A DNA stretch of 47,040 nucleotides, filler included, from an uncultured Methanosarcinales archaeon (GTDB lineage Archaea; Nanobdellota; Nanobdellia; Woesearchaeales; UBA12501): NCBI GenBank assembly GCA_964397315.1. It is 10 parts of 10 records of this genome, joined end to end, with 100 filler letters (N's around TTAATTAATTAA, not from the genome) between each part and the next. Parts side by side here need not be neighbours in the genome. Positions count along the whole stretch, not along the records: positions 33,745 to 37,500 come from CAYNHV010000057.1; positions 37,601 to 40,983 come from CAYNHV010000058.1; positions 41,084 to 44,127 come from CAYNHV010000060.1; 7 more parts are not named here. The stretch is one strand, 5' to 3'. The stretch's first letter is position 1, and each line of letters opens with the position of its first letter. The translations under genes were made by a program, and so were the position numbers. The notes under the pieces were generated by a model. That model did not search any database, had not been told where the DNA came from, and was given only the letters and a program-made list of their open reading frames with translations. This document shows positions 33,854-43,789 of this stretch, one piece after another.

Positions 33854-36800
33854 ATGGGAAGCGCAAACAAGGGCATTACAGGGCTGAAACCAGCAATTCT
33901 GCTTTCCATATGCCTGCTCGCTTTTCTCTCCCTGCACCTAATGATAGCACAGGACTCATCCACAAGAGTGGTGCATCAGCAGGACAGCGCTCCTGAGAAA
34001 GCTGTGCAGGAGAAAGCTGCCAATGAACAAGATCCTTCCCTTTCTTCAGGCAGGCAAACGCAAGCCAATCCAAATGATAAGAAAAGCCTGTCAAAACACC
34101 GCGCTCTGGACAGCTCAGGAGAGGACAGTGCAGAAAGCAGCTCAAAAAACCCTGCCAAGAGCTCTCATGACAGCGAAAAACCTGCTGAAGGACAGCCCGG
34201 CATATCAGAGGATTCCATAATAACCAACAGCAGGATAAGCCCTGATTCCCGCGTGGAAAGCTCAGAGATAATAGATTCTATTGTAAAGGCCTCCACAGTG
34301 ATAAAATCATTCATAGATCCCTCCAACATAATAAACTCCACAATAATACAGTCAGACATCATAGACTCAAACATCACAAACAGCATTGTGAACAGCTCAT
34401 ACATTGAAGGCAGCGAGATAGAGTACATGGAAGTGCAAAACGCGAACATAACAGGCAATTTCATGCACCAGGGCACAATAATATTCCCTGACAACACAGG
34501 CATAACCGGCTCTTTGAGCATTGAAAGCATCATGAACAGGAGCTCAAGCCCGTGCATAATACCTCACGACGGCATGGTGCTGAAGGACGGCTCCAGCATA
34601 AGACTCTGCAAGGGGGATTACAGCGTGACTGACAAGGGAGATGAGGGCGTGATAAGGCTTGAAGGCAGCAGCATAACCATAGAATGCGGGAACGCGAGCA
34701 TGACAGGAGACAGCACAGGAACAGCCATACAAGCCAACGGCTCCCTGACAGTGGAGGATGTCGTACAGGCAACCAAAGACAGCCAGCTGACAATGGAGCA
34801 GATAAGGGATTACCTGGAGAACAACGTAACCTATCTCAGCAACATAACACTAAACAACTGCAGGCTGGAAAACTTCAGCAGGGCAATAGCCCTTAACAGC
34901 ATAAAAGAATCCAATATACAGGGACTCAACCTCAGCGGCAATGAAGAAGGCATCCAGATGCTCGCCAAAAAATCTCAAATTTCAGACAGCATAATCTCAG
35001 GAAGCAGCAAAGCAGGCATCACCATCATAGGACTTAACAACACACTGGAGGACAGCATAATATACAACAACAGGCAGGGAGTGATGCACGCGGGCTTCTA
35101 CACCATCATCAGGAACAACCAGATGCTCAACAACACCCAGAACGGAATGAATCTCCTCTTCACCGCAGAAAGCACCATAACCAACAACACAGCCAAATAC
35201 AACACAAAAGCAGGAATACACCTGGCAGAAGCAGACAACAACACCATAGAAAACAACGAGCTCAGCAGGAACAGCATAGGACTGAAGATGAGCGGCTTTG
35301 TCAGCACAGGCCCCTCCGAAAACAACACAATCCACAGCAACACCATAATCAACAACACAAGAGCGGGAATACAGGCAACAGCAGGAACACTTCACAGGCT
35401 TGCAGCAGCAATATCACGCGCATTCGGATCAGACCAGCCAAAACCAGCCGGGCACCGCATAGAAAAGACAAGCATAAAAAACAACATCCTCAACAATCCC
35501 GCAGCAGACCTCACAGTCAAGGGAGAGGATTTCAACAATAATACAATACAGCAAAACCACTTCAAAGGAGGAGGAATTAACATAAGCTGCAGGATGAACA
35601 ATGAGATACAGGCGAATAATTACTCAAGCAATGCCAACTTCATAAGAGATAACGCCCCCTGCGTGACAGACAATGACTGCGATGACGGGAACTCATCAAC
35701 AAAAGACACCTGCATAAGCAAAGGCCTCTGCACAGGATTCTGCACAAACGGAGAGATTAACGTCAACGGAACAATAACAGACGAGTTTGGAAACCCTGCT
35801 GAGGGAATAAACATATCATTCTACCAGGAGACACAATACAGCCCAATACTGAACAACACCAACACAGACAGCTTAACGCCAAAAATAATTCCAGACACAA
35901 CAACAAACACAAACGGATACTACGAAACCTACCTCCCAGAAAACACAGTATGGCATATGAGAATGCAGGGAAGCTCAAAAAAGGACTTCAACATATTCAC
36001 CAACAGGACAAACAAAGGCAGGGGCCACAACACAGACATCTTTGAAAACGAAACCTATGACTCAAACAATGACTTTAACGTGCAAGGCCACATCATATAC
36101 GAAGGAAAGCACGAGCACGGCAACAAGTATGTCTGCGGTGAGTCAGTGGAATTCATGATGTTTGGGATGAACTGGGAAGACACTAATGTGACCATAACCT
36201 ATGCTGTTGAGAACCACACAGGCGGAGGAGAGCCAACTGACAACAGGGATGTGTGCGATGGCGTTGCAGGATTCACCAATGAGTCTGACGTGCTGTGGTG
36301 CTCAAACATAAGCGATACAAAGGATATCCTGCACCTGCCGGCAGACGGGAAAAAATATGAAAAGTATTTTGCTTTTGACATCCCCTGCAGATGGAATGGG
36401 GGAAGATATGACATTCACGTTTATGACAATTCCAGATGGGGCAAGATGCACATGATAGGAACATTCTTTATCGTCCCGGATAATGAAAGCCAGCCCCAGC
36501 TAAACATCAGCACGCTGGAAATCGACGCCAGCGGAATCTCAATGTACACCAATGAAAGTGTTGACCTTAAATTCCACGCAGAAGATGTAAGCAATGAAAC
36601 AATACCTGAAAATGAAGATAAGATAATACCTGAGCTTGCGGTGATGAATTATGTAGACTGCACTCTCAATGTCACTTTTGACAAGGATGTAGAAGTTGAC
36701 ACCGACGGGGATGGCAACACATCAAATGATGTTGACTTCTCAACCTGCGGCGGCTGGGGAAGGTATGTCTGGAACCTCTCCTATCCAAGAAGCGAATTTG

Positions 36801-37294
36801 CAGGAGACGACGGAATCTTCAACGTCACAGAAGACATCTTCAACCTTGCAAGAACCCACAAGGCAAAATTCACAGTCACCGACGAGGCAGGGAACAAGGC
36901 AGAGGAATATATTAACATAACCCTCTGGATGACTGAAGATGAGGGAAGAGAGTTGGGAGCGCATATCATGATAGATGCGGGATTTGATTTTTTAGAAACA
37001 TCTAAAAATTATACCACAACATCAACATTTAACCCAATCCACCTGTTCATAGACAAGTGGGATATGGAGAACGGCATTGAATACATGACTCCTAACGACC
37101 CTAACTCAAGCATAAGAGCTGACCTGCCTGACGATTGGAGACAACAGCTCCAGAATTCTATAGACGGCTGCGAGGCTGAATATATCCTGGCAGCGAACAC
37201 ATCCACAGCAGCCGAGTTCAATACAACAGCGTATGACCATTTTCGTTATGTAATTTGTGAATGTTATGATGAAGACGGCCCTCTATGTAATTAA
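33854..37294 (+). CDS. Large secreted/surface protein with parallel beta-helix (NosD/CASH-like) repeats, a Cys-rich linker and Ig-like/Ca-binding segments
   Basis: N-terminal hydrophobic anchor, I-x-x-S-x pentapeptide repeats, NNTI..N/GI.L beta-helix repeats, CVTDNDCDDGNSSTKDTC, DTDGDGNTSND and VTDEAGN. Confidence 0.8.
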   Translation: MGSANKGITGLKPAILLSICLLAFLSLHLMIAQDSSTRVVHQQDSAPEKAVQEKAANEQDPSLSSGRQTQANPNDKKSLSKHRALDSSGEDSAESSSKNPAKSSHDSEKPAEGQPGISEDSIITNSRISPDSRVESSEIIDSIVKASTVIKSFIDPSNIINSTIIQSDIIDSNITNSIVNSSYIEGSEIEYMEVQNANITGNFMHQGTIIFPDNTGITGSLSIESIMNRSSSPCIIPHDGMVLKDGSSIRLCKGDYSVTDKGDEGVIRLEGSSITIECGNASMTGDSTGTAIQANGSLTVEDVVQATKDSQLTMEQIRDYLENNVTYLSNITLNNCRLENFSRAIALNSIKESNIQGLNLSGNEEGIQMLAKKSQISDSIISGSSKAGITIIGLNNTLEDSIIYNNRQGVMHAGFYTIIRNNQMLNNTQNGMNLLFTAESTITNNTAKYNTKAGIHLAEADNNTIENNELSRNSIGLKMSGFVSTGPSENNTIHSNTIINNTRAGIQATAGTLHRLAAAISRAFGSDQPKPAGHRIEKTSIKNNILNNPAADLTVKGEDFNNNTIQQNHFKGGGINISCRMNNEIQANNYSSNANFIRDNAPCVTDNDCDDGNSSTKDTCISKGLCTGFCTNGEINVNGTITDEFGNPAEGINISFYQETQYSPILNNTNTDSLTPKIIPDTTTNTNGYYETYLPENTVWHMRMQGSSKKDFNIFTNRTNKGRGHNTDIFENETYDSNNDFNVQGHIIYEGKHEHGNKYVCGESVEFMMFGMNWEDTNVTITYAVENHTGGGEPTDNRDVCDGVAGFTNESDVLWCSNISDTKDILHLPADGKKYEKYFAFDIPCRWNGGRYDIHVYDNSRWGKMHMIGTFFIVPDNESQPQLNISTLEIDASGISMYTNESVDLKFHAEDVSNETIPENEDKIIPELAVMNYVDCTLNVTFDKDVEVDTDGDGNTSNDVDFSTCGGWGRYVWNLSYPRSEFAGDDGIFNVTEDIFNLARTHKAKFTVTDEAGNKAEEYINITLWMTEDEGRELGAHIMIDAGFDFLETSKNYTTTSTFNPIHLFIDKWDMENGIEYMTPNDPNSSIRADLPDDWRQQLQNSIDGCEAEYILAANTSTAAEFNTTAYDHFRYVICECYDEDGPLCN

Positions 37295-37356
37295 GGTTAA
37301 CAACACCCAAAAGCTTTATGAACATATTTTTCTCTTTTGAATCCGGATGAGCGCAA

Positions 37357-37380
37357 AGCCACAGGCTTCAGCCTATGGAC
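37357..37380. mobile_element. IS200/IS605-type terminal hairpin remnant
   Basis: AAGCCACAGGCTTCAGCCTATGG, a near-perfect CCACAGGCT/AGCCTATGG hairpin in the style of IS605-family ends. No transposase in view. Confidence 0.4.
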
Positions 37381-37600
37381 AGATGTGAGCTGAGGATTTT
37401 TGCTACTTAAAAACCCTTTATAAATGTTTAAGAATCCTCAGAGCCTGTATAATTCGGAAATTAGTTCTCACTTCTGCAGGATATAGGTCATTTTTAAAGT
37501 NNNNNNNNNNNNNNNNNNNNNNNNNNNNNNNNNNNNNNNNNNNNTTAATTAATTAANNNNNNNNNNNNNNNNNNNNNNNNNNNNNNNNNNNNNNNNNNNN

Positions 37601-37805
37601 TGATGAATCTATTGCCCATGAGCTTGTTGGGATACTCAAGGATAAGGATGAAAAGATTTATGTTAGATATTCGGCAATAAACGCATTGGGAAAAGTCGGT
37701 GATGAATCTATTGCCCATGAGCTTGTTGGGATACTCAAGGATAAGGATGAAAAGGGTTATGTTAGATATTCGACAATAAACGCATTGGGGAAGCTCGGTG
37801 ATGAA
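37601..37805 (+). repeat. 99-bp near-identical tandem repeat (33-aa HEAT unit)
   Basis: TGATGAA restarts at 37601, 37700 and 37799; the two full copies differ at only about 6 positions. Confidence 0.9.
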
Positions 37806-37919
37806 ATAATTTTAGAGAAGCTTCATTCAATAAGATATATAAATTATGAATTTATCCAATTAATTAAATCAATCCAAAGAAATTGTGGATATTACAATCC
37901 ACATATGGCAAAGGAATAA
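37602..37919 (+). CDS. C-terminal fragment of a HEAT-repeat (PBS lyase-like) protein, cut by the contig start
   Basis: Repeated GDESIAHELVGILKDKDEK.YVRYS.INALGK units. Confidence 0.75.
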   Translation, partial: DESIAHELVGILKDKDEKIYVRYSAINALGKVGDESIAHELVGILKDKDEKGYVRYSTINALGKLGDEIILEKLHSIRYINYEFIQLIKSIQRNCGYYNPHMAKE

Positions 37920-38781
37920 AGGCGTTCTTGTCGGGACTCATGAGCTAATGTTGACTAAACTTCTCGCTTCATAATTCAGGACTAAAACTTGGGTCTGAAC
38001 TAGCCTCAATTTCTCATTTAGATTATGAGCATTGGACAACAATAAGATAGTCATAATTTTATTCCACATTATGCCGTGGATTCAGGGAAAAGCAACTCCT
38101 TCAGCTTGGCTTTTAAATTTGCTTTTGGCAATCTTTAATAAGCCTGCCCTCAGAACGGTTTACAAACCCTTCTTCGGGAGCTTTTGCTTCGCCATCGAGA
38201 CCCAGCCTCGTCTCGACACTGAACATTACATGTCCAGTGCCCTCCGGGTGTATGCTAACAAAAGGCTCTGATTTACTTCGCTTAAGGCGCACTACGCTCG
38301 TAAACCGGAGTTGCTGTATACTCTCGCAGACGCTCGTTTTTATATGCGCCCTCTTTCAGGTCTCCTTCGGCACCCTTCAATCAGGCGCGGGACAGAATAA
38401 AAAAAGAAAAGGGAACAAAAAAGGTATATACGCTCGACCTTTGCGGTCGAGCTTTGCATACCGCCCCTCCCTTCGGTCGGGGCGGTCATACGATTGATAA
38501 ATAAAAAAAGTGGCTGATAATAATTAATGATAAAGTGGGCAAGGCTACGCAAGTAATGGTTTTAAAAGGGAAAGTTTTGATTCCAGGGAAAAAAGGTAAT
38601 GATTTCAAAGGGTTAGATTAAATTCTGAAGGGTAAATAATAAAAAAAGGCCCGGAATCAAGAATTAGAAAACAATACATGAAGTCAAGAATAACGTTATA
38701 ATAAGCAGCTTTGCTGCCCCAAAAGGAGTAATTTTTTCTCTTGCCAGAGAAAGCCGAAAGCCGCTCATGGTCTTATTAGAA

Positions 38782-39216
38782 TTATGGGATAGCTAAATAC
38801 GCTTTTTTTTCGGCAGGTGAGCAAGAAAAGTGGAAATTATTCAGGAAATCCAGGCCTAAGAGGCCATAATTTTGCAGGCCGGGATTCTTCCAGACCCCGA
38901 GGTATGTTGGTAAAATGGTGTTGGAGACGAATGGTCGATTGCCAGCTTCTATAATCTTTTTTATGTAATCAAATGTTATATCTATTTTTAACGCATAAAG
39001 GGCGGACTTAGTTCCCGATTCTTGGTCGGCGTATGTTATCTCTATTTCCTCAGTAAATGGTTCCAAGCTCAAAGATTCTATAAGATGAGCCGGTAAGCAA
39101 GATGCTTGTGTGCCTGTATCAACAATGAAGGATAATGGTTTGGGGGTCGATTCGGGGTGAGGGTTCATAATTTTTGCTTTCAGCCAGAAGTAGCCGTCGA
39201 CATAGTCTAATATCAA
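38782..39216 (-). CDS. Clan AA (retropepsin-like) aspartic protease
   Basis: LSFIVDTGTQASCLP catalytic DTG, ITYAD flap and GLLGLDFL C-terminal motif. Confidence 0.8.
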   Translation of the reverse strand: MILDYVDGYFWLKAKIMNPHPESTPKPLSFIVDTGTQASCLPAHLIESLSLEPFTEEIEITYADQESGTKSALYALKIDITFDYIKKIIEAGNRPFVSNTILPTYLGVWKNPGLQNYGLLGLDFLNNFHFSCSPAEKKAYLAIP

Positions 39217-39231
39217 TTTATTACTCCCTAA

Positions 39232-40317
39232 TTATTTATTTCTGGCCACATGAATAGTGTTCATGTCCTTGTATTCTGACTTTAAATGTTCTATATAGTC
39301 AAAAGCTGGCCTAGATGTCTGAGTCTCTTCTAAATAGTTTTGTACTTTGACGTTCCATGGGGTCTTTAGCTCGAGGTTTAAAGCATCCATTACCCATTCT
39401 AGGGGATGGCTCACGGCATTTCTTCTCCCAACATTATAATTTCTTTTTGTATATCCTTCGTTTAGCCTTTGATCCTTTAGAACAGAATCAGGATAGTTCG
39501 CTACTTCAAAATAATCGGCATGACGGGAAGGCATGACATTGGGATTCGCTAAGCAATAATGAGCTTTTTGCCACAAGATATTTATTTGTTTTTTATATTT
39601 CCTTGCGCATAATATTACCGAATGTTTCTCCATTTCATCTGCTTTATGGAGAGACTCCACTACGGCTGCATGGTTGTCGATTACTGCATAATGGAGAAAA
39701 GGTAATGTGTCGTACTTAATAAAAGAGTGAATATTTTGATACAAATCAGCATCTTTTAAGCGATTTTCAAGCACTTTAACAAAAGGGCTATGGTCTAGAA
39801 TCTCTCCATTTTCCTTTTCTAATTTTGCCCATTTACCTGTAATAAACAAGAATTTCGTTCCGGCTTTGGCTTTATCAATTATCATATTCTGAATACGCTC
39901 GTCCTCAAATAAATCAGGTCTTGCAGTGCCGGAGACGAAAATAAAGGATTCGTCAACATACTTTAAGGCTATGTGAAACCATTCGATAACGCAATCTATG
40001 CTTTCTATTTTAACTTCATCTTTACCCTCTTCAAAAAGTTTTGATAGTCTTGACTTGAAGAAATGTTCTTCTTCCTTTTTTCTGAAGTGAATATTTCTTT
40101 CTTTGATAACATATTCTAATTCTGATGACCAGCGTTTTATCCGCTTTGAATCATCGGATTGTAATTTACTGCAGTTCTCACCGGAGTCCTTTTGAGAAAA
40201 ATGCTCGGTCATCTCCATCATTAATGGAACCGAAACCAATTCACCATACACATGGACAGGATTCATATTGATATCCATAATTTGCTCCTTTAAATAATTT
40301 GCGGCACTTTGAGGCAA
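39232..40317 (-). CDS. Hypothetical protein with a possible PLD-like domain
   Basis: FIFVSGTARPDLF...DKAKAGTKFLFITG...FLHYAVIDNHAAVVE resembles a degenerate PLD fold (HxxxxD without K). Start codon uncertain. Confidence 0.55.
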   Translation of the reverse strand: MPQSAANYLKEQIMDINMNPVHVYGELVSVPLMMEMTEHFSQKDSGENCSKLQSDDSKRIKRWSSELEYVIKERNIHFRKKEEEHFFKSRLSKLFEEGKDEVKIESIDCVIEWFHIALKYVDESFIFVSGTARPDLFEDERIQNMIIDKAKAGTKFLFITGKWAKLEKENGEILDHSPFVKVLENRLKDADLYQNIHSFIKYDTLPFLHYAVIDNHAAVVESLHKADEMEKHSVILCARKYKKQINILWQKAHYCLANPNVMPSRHADYFEVANYPDSVLKDQRLNEGYTKRNYNVGRRNAVSHPLEWVMDALNLELKTPWNVKVQNYLEETQTSRPAFDYIEHLKSEYKDMNTIHVARNK

Positions 40318-40619
40318 TTCGTTTTATGACAGGCGTTAGTGCGCGTTTGATGCATTTTTACTTACCTGTTCACTAACAGGCTATATAAGAGTCCCCATAG
40401 TTCTCCTCTTTAAGCAAAAATATAATCCTTAAATTGATTTCCGTCAACATCACCCCTTATTTTCCGGCAAAGCCCAAAAGGGAGCCGGGGCTTACGGCGG
40501 CTGTGGGAGGGGCCTCGTCTGGGATAAAAACAGGCGTGTTTTTCTACCACTTTGGGACGAAAAATTAATAATGGTTTGAGTTAAGCTGCGTTGATGCGTT
40601 TTAAAGGGGGTGTTTTGTA

Positions 40620-40967
40620 ATGTTTGCAGGGAAGAAAGTGATGTCCCGGACAGAGTTGGGATTGGCCTTAAAAGACTTAAATCATGGGCAATTCTCTAAT
40701 GGCATGAAGACCATAGTCATATTGGAGAAAAGGAATGACCAGTCAGATGTGTTTTTTGAGATGTTTATGGACAGGCGGGAAATACTGCTCGTGGAATTAA
40801 GAAGAAAGATTGCGAAGACGAGTCTTTACAGGCTGCTGACGTACCGCGTTGATGAAGTCAATGCCATTCTGCAATCAATAGATTCCTCACTCTTTCTTAT
40901 GAAAAGGGGAGAGAAAAAGCTCAATTCCAGGTCGTGTCCCACTTGTGGGGGAAATTTGAGGTCGTAA
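40620..40967 (+). CDS. Hypothetical protein ending in CPTCGG
   Basis: 115-aa ORF with GGGGGTG RBS and one CxxC knuckle. Confidence 0.55.
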   Translation: MFAGKKVMSRTELGLALKDLNHGQFSNGMKTIVILEKRNDQSDVFFEMFMDRREILLVELRRKIAKTSLYRLLTYRVDEVNAILQSIDSSLFLMKRGEKKLNSRSCPTCGGNLRS

Positions 40968-41118
40968 AATCATAAGTCTGGAGNNNNNNNNNNNNNNNNN
41001 NNNNNNNNNNNNNNNNNNNNNNNNNNNTTAATTAATTAANNNNNNNNNNNNNNNNNNNNNNNNNNNNNNNNNNNNNNNNNNNNTAGAATAAGTTTTTTAC
41101 GCCACCAGTCAAAGACTG

Positions 41119-41346
41119 GTGGAAAGCTCAGCTTCTAAGGTGTGCGCTTCAAGCGCGGTTGATGCGATGGTAAAAAGCATTGCAGCAGGAGCAAAGAAAG
41201 GCCCTGTTCAGCTTGTGGGGTTCGGGACATTCAAGGTATCAAAGAGAAAGGCAAGGACAGGACTCAATCCCCGGACAGGAGAAAAGATCAAGATCCCTGC
41301 AAAGAAAGTGCTTACCTTCAAGGCAAGCAAGAACCTGAAGTACTGA
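41119..41346 (+). CDS. hup: Bacterial-type histone-like DNA-binding protein HU, apparently missing its N-terminal helix
   Basis: VQLVGFGTFKVSKRKARTGLNPRTGEKIKIPAKKVLTFKASK. In-frame TAA at 41089 and no MNK.EL start. Confidence 0.85.
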   Translation: MESSASKVCASSAVDAMVKSIAAGAKKGPVQLVGFGTFKVSKRKARTGLNPRTGEKIKIPAKKVLTFKASKNLKY

Positions 41347-41349
41347 CAA

Positions 41350-41982
41350 TCACAATATTTTTCTTTTTAATTCTTCTATCTCTTTAAGCGGGTCTTCTGC
41401 GCTGAAAATCCCTGTTCCAACTGCAAACTTGTTCGCCCCTGCTTCCTTCAGCATGTGGATGTTCTTCCTGCTGACTCCTCCGTCAACCGCTATGTCAATC
41501 TTCCTGCTCATGCTCCTTAGCTCCTTCACCCTCTCCGCCACGCCAGGCAGCAGCTTCTGCCCTCCCCTCCCGGGCTCCACTGCCATCACAAGAACCAGGT
41601 CAACCCTGCCGAGCAGGCCTTTTATCCTTTCAAGCGGTGTCTCCGGATTCAGGGATATGCCCGCACTGCAGTTCTCATCCCTTATCAGCTTTATCGTGTC
41701 CTCAGGAGCCCCCTCTGACTCTATGTGGAATATTATTGTATCAGCCCCTGCAAGCGCGTAGTCAGCCACAAGCATGTCTGGCTTCACTGTCATGAGATGC
41801 ACTGTCATCTTAAGGCTCGTCTCCAGCTTTGTGACCTCGTCAAGCCCGAACATTTTCTTCTCAACAAATATGCCGTCCATGACATCAATGTGCACCCTGT
41901 CAACATGGCCTTCCAGCATGTCCAGCGCTTCCTGGCAATCACCAGCTGCCATGAGAGAGGGTATTATCTCGTATTCCATCAT
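41350..41982 (-). CDS. rpe: Ribulose-phosphate 3-epimerase
   Basis: IIPSLM, HIDVMDGIFV, VHLM, FHIE, LNPETP, VMAVEPGRGGQ and VDGGV. Confidence 0.95.
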   Translation of the reverse strand: MMEYEIIPSLMAAGDCQEALDMLEGHVDRVHIDVMDGIFVEKKMFGLDEVTKLETSLKMTVHLMTVKPDMLVADYALAGADTIIFHIESEGAPEDTIKLIRDENCSAGISLNPETPLERIKGLLGRVDLVLVMAVEPGRGGQKLLPGVAERVKELRSMSRKIDIAVDGGVSRKNIHMLKEAGANKFAVGTGIFSAEDPLKEIEELKRKIL

Positions 41983-42440
41983 GCCAACCTGTCAAGCTTT
42001 TTTATTCTTCTCTTGTGCCTTTGCTTTCCTGAGAACTCCGACTTCAGCCATGTGTCAACGATCCTCAGCTGGTCTTTCTGCTTTATGTTCCTGCCCCTCA
42101 GGCAGAGGACATTCGCGTCATTGTCATGCCTTGACATTCTTGCAGAGTATGAGTCATAACACACTGCAGCCCTCACTCCCTTCTTCCTGTTTGCTGCCAT
42201 GCACATTCCAGTGCCTGTCCCGCATATGAGTATGGCCCTTGCACCGCTCTTTTTCCTGACAAGCCGTGCCGCCTTCTCCGCGATGTCAGGATAATCCACA
42301 GGATTCTTATCATAAGCGCCTATGTCAACCATGTTGATTTTCTTCTTTATCAGGTACTCTTTTATCCTGTTCTTCAGCTTCAGGCCCGCATGGTCAGACC
42401 CTATCACAATAAAGCTTCCTTTTTTCATCATTCCCTCCAT
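41979..42440 (-). CDS. rpiB: Ribose-5-phosphate isomerase B
   Basis: IGSDHAG, DYPD, ICGTGTGMCMAANR, SRHDNDANVLCL and RHKRRI. Confidence 0.95.
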   Translation of the reverse strand: MEGMMKKGSFIVIGSDHAGLKLKNRIKEYLIKKKINMVDIGAYDKNPVDYPDIAEKAARLVRKKSGARAILICGTGTGMCMAANRKKGVRAAVCYDSYSARMSRHDNDANVLCLRGRNIKQKDQLRIVDTWLKSEFSGKQRHKRRIKKLDRLA

Positions 42441-42449
42441 TATATGCTC

Positions 42450-43688
42450 TTATATGCCCCTTGTGTATCTTGCCTTTTTCCCCAGCTCTTCCTCAATCCT
42501 GAGCAGCTGGTTGTATTTTGCCAGCCTCTCGCCCCTGCAGGGAGCTCCTGCCTTTATCTGGCCAGTGCCAAGCCCCACTGCAAGGTCTGCTATGAACGAG
42601 CTTGTTGTCTCTCCTGACCTGTGGCTGACCATGACGTGCCATTTGTTCCTGAAAGCCAGCTTTGCAGCTTCTATTGCCTCTGTCAGGGTGCCTATCTGGT
42701 TCACCTTGAGCAGGAGGGCGTTGCAGAGCTTCCTGTCAGCGGCCATGCGTATCCTCGCGGGGTTTGTCACGAGAAGGTCGTCCCCCACTATCTGAATCTT
42801 TGATCTTGCGGTGAACTGGCTCCATGCCTCAAAGTCATCCTGAGCAAAAGGATCCTCAAGAGATACTATCGGATAATCAGATATGATGGAGTCATAGATG
42901 TCCATGAGCTTTTCCGCCTCCTTCTCCTTGCCGTCAATCACGTACCTGCCTTTCCTGTAGAATTCTGACGCTGCAGCGTCTATTGCCAGCTTTATCTCTT
43001 TCTGGTGGCCCAGTGATTCTATTGTCTCCATGAGAAGGTGCAGGGCTTCTGCCTCTGTCTTTATGTCAGGCGCGAATCCTCCCTCATCACCCACGTTTGT
43101 TGATTCCTTTCCGTAGTGCTTTCTTATGACCTTCTTCAGCATCTGATATGTCTCTGCCCCAAGGCGCAGCCTCTCCTCAAATGTATTTGCCTTGGGGACT
43201 ATCATAAACTCCTGGAAGCTCAGGTTGTTGTCAGCGTGCCTTCCGCCGTTGATAACATTCATGAAGGGGAGGGGCATGGCTTTCCCCCCTCCTAGGATGC
43301 TGTAAAGGGGCTTTTTCTGGGCTTTTGCAGAGCACCTGGCGCAGGCCAAGCTCACCCCGAGTATGGCATTGGCGCCGAGGTTTGCCTTGTTTTCTGTGCC
43401 GTCAAGCTCTGCCATCTCACTGTCTATCTTCTTCTGCTCCCTCACGTCCACGCCCTTCAGGTGCTTTGCTATCACCTTATTGACGTTGTTCACCGCCCTC
43501 TGCACGCTCTTTCCCATGAAGCGTTTTGTGCCGTCCCTGAGCTCAACTGCCTCGTGAACTCCTGTAGACGCTCCGCTGGGCACTGACTCCCGGGCAAAGA
43601 CCTTGCCTGTGTGCACATCAACCTCTAGGGTGGGGTTTCCCCTTGAATCCAGAATCTCCCTTGCCTTGATATTCTTTATCCTGTACAT
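42450..43688 (-). CDS. eno: Enolase
   Basis: [52 protein letters not shown] and [15 protein letters not shown]. Confidence 0.97.
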   Translation of the reverse strand: MYRIKNIKAREILDSRGNPTLEVDVHTGKVFARESVPSGASTGVHEAVELRDGTKRFMGKSVQRAVNNVNKVIAKHLKGVDVREQKKIDSEMAELDGTENKANLGANAILGVSLACARCSAKAQKKPLYSILGGGKAMPLPFMNVINGGRHADNNLSFQEFMIVPKANTFEERLRLGAETYQMLKKVIRKHYGKESTNVGDEGGFAPDIKTEAEALHLLMETIESLGHQKEIKLAIDAAASEFYRKGRYVIDGKEKEAEKLMDIYDSIISDYPIVSLEDPFAQDDFEAWSQFTARSKIQIVGDDLLVTNPARIRMAADRKLCNALLLKVNQIGTLTEAIEAAKLAFRNKWHVMVSHRSGETTSSFIADLAVGLGTGQIKAGAPCRGERLAKYNQLLRIEEELGKKARYTRGI

Positions 43689-43789
43689 TTTACCTCTTTT
43701 TTGCGCCTGTGAAGGGATTATCATTTATAATTTTTTCTTATTGTCATCTCCAGAGTATTGATGCGCATGTGCTGATTACGCTGATTCCT

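Noticed and set aside
37601..37805. DGR template/variable repeat pair
   Set aside because: The copies are tandem in-frame HEAT units, the differences are not confined to adenines, and no reverse transcriptase is present.
38032..38552. Short ORFs in the hairpin-rich intergenic region
   Set aside because: No protein-like motifs, mutually overlapping, and coincident with palindromic DNA.
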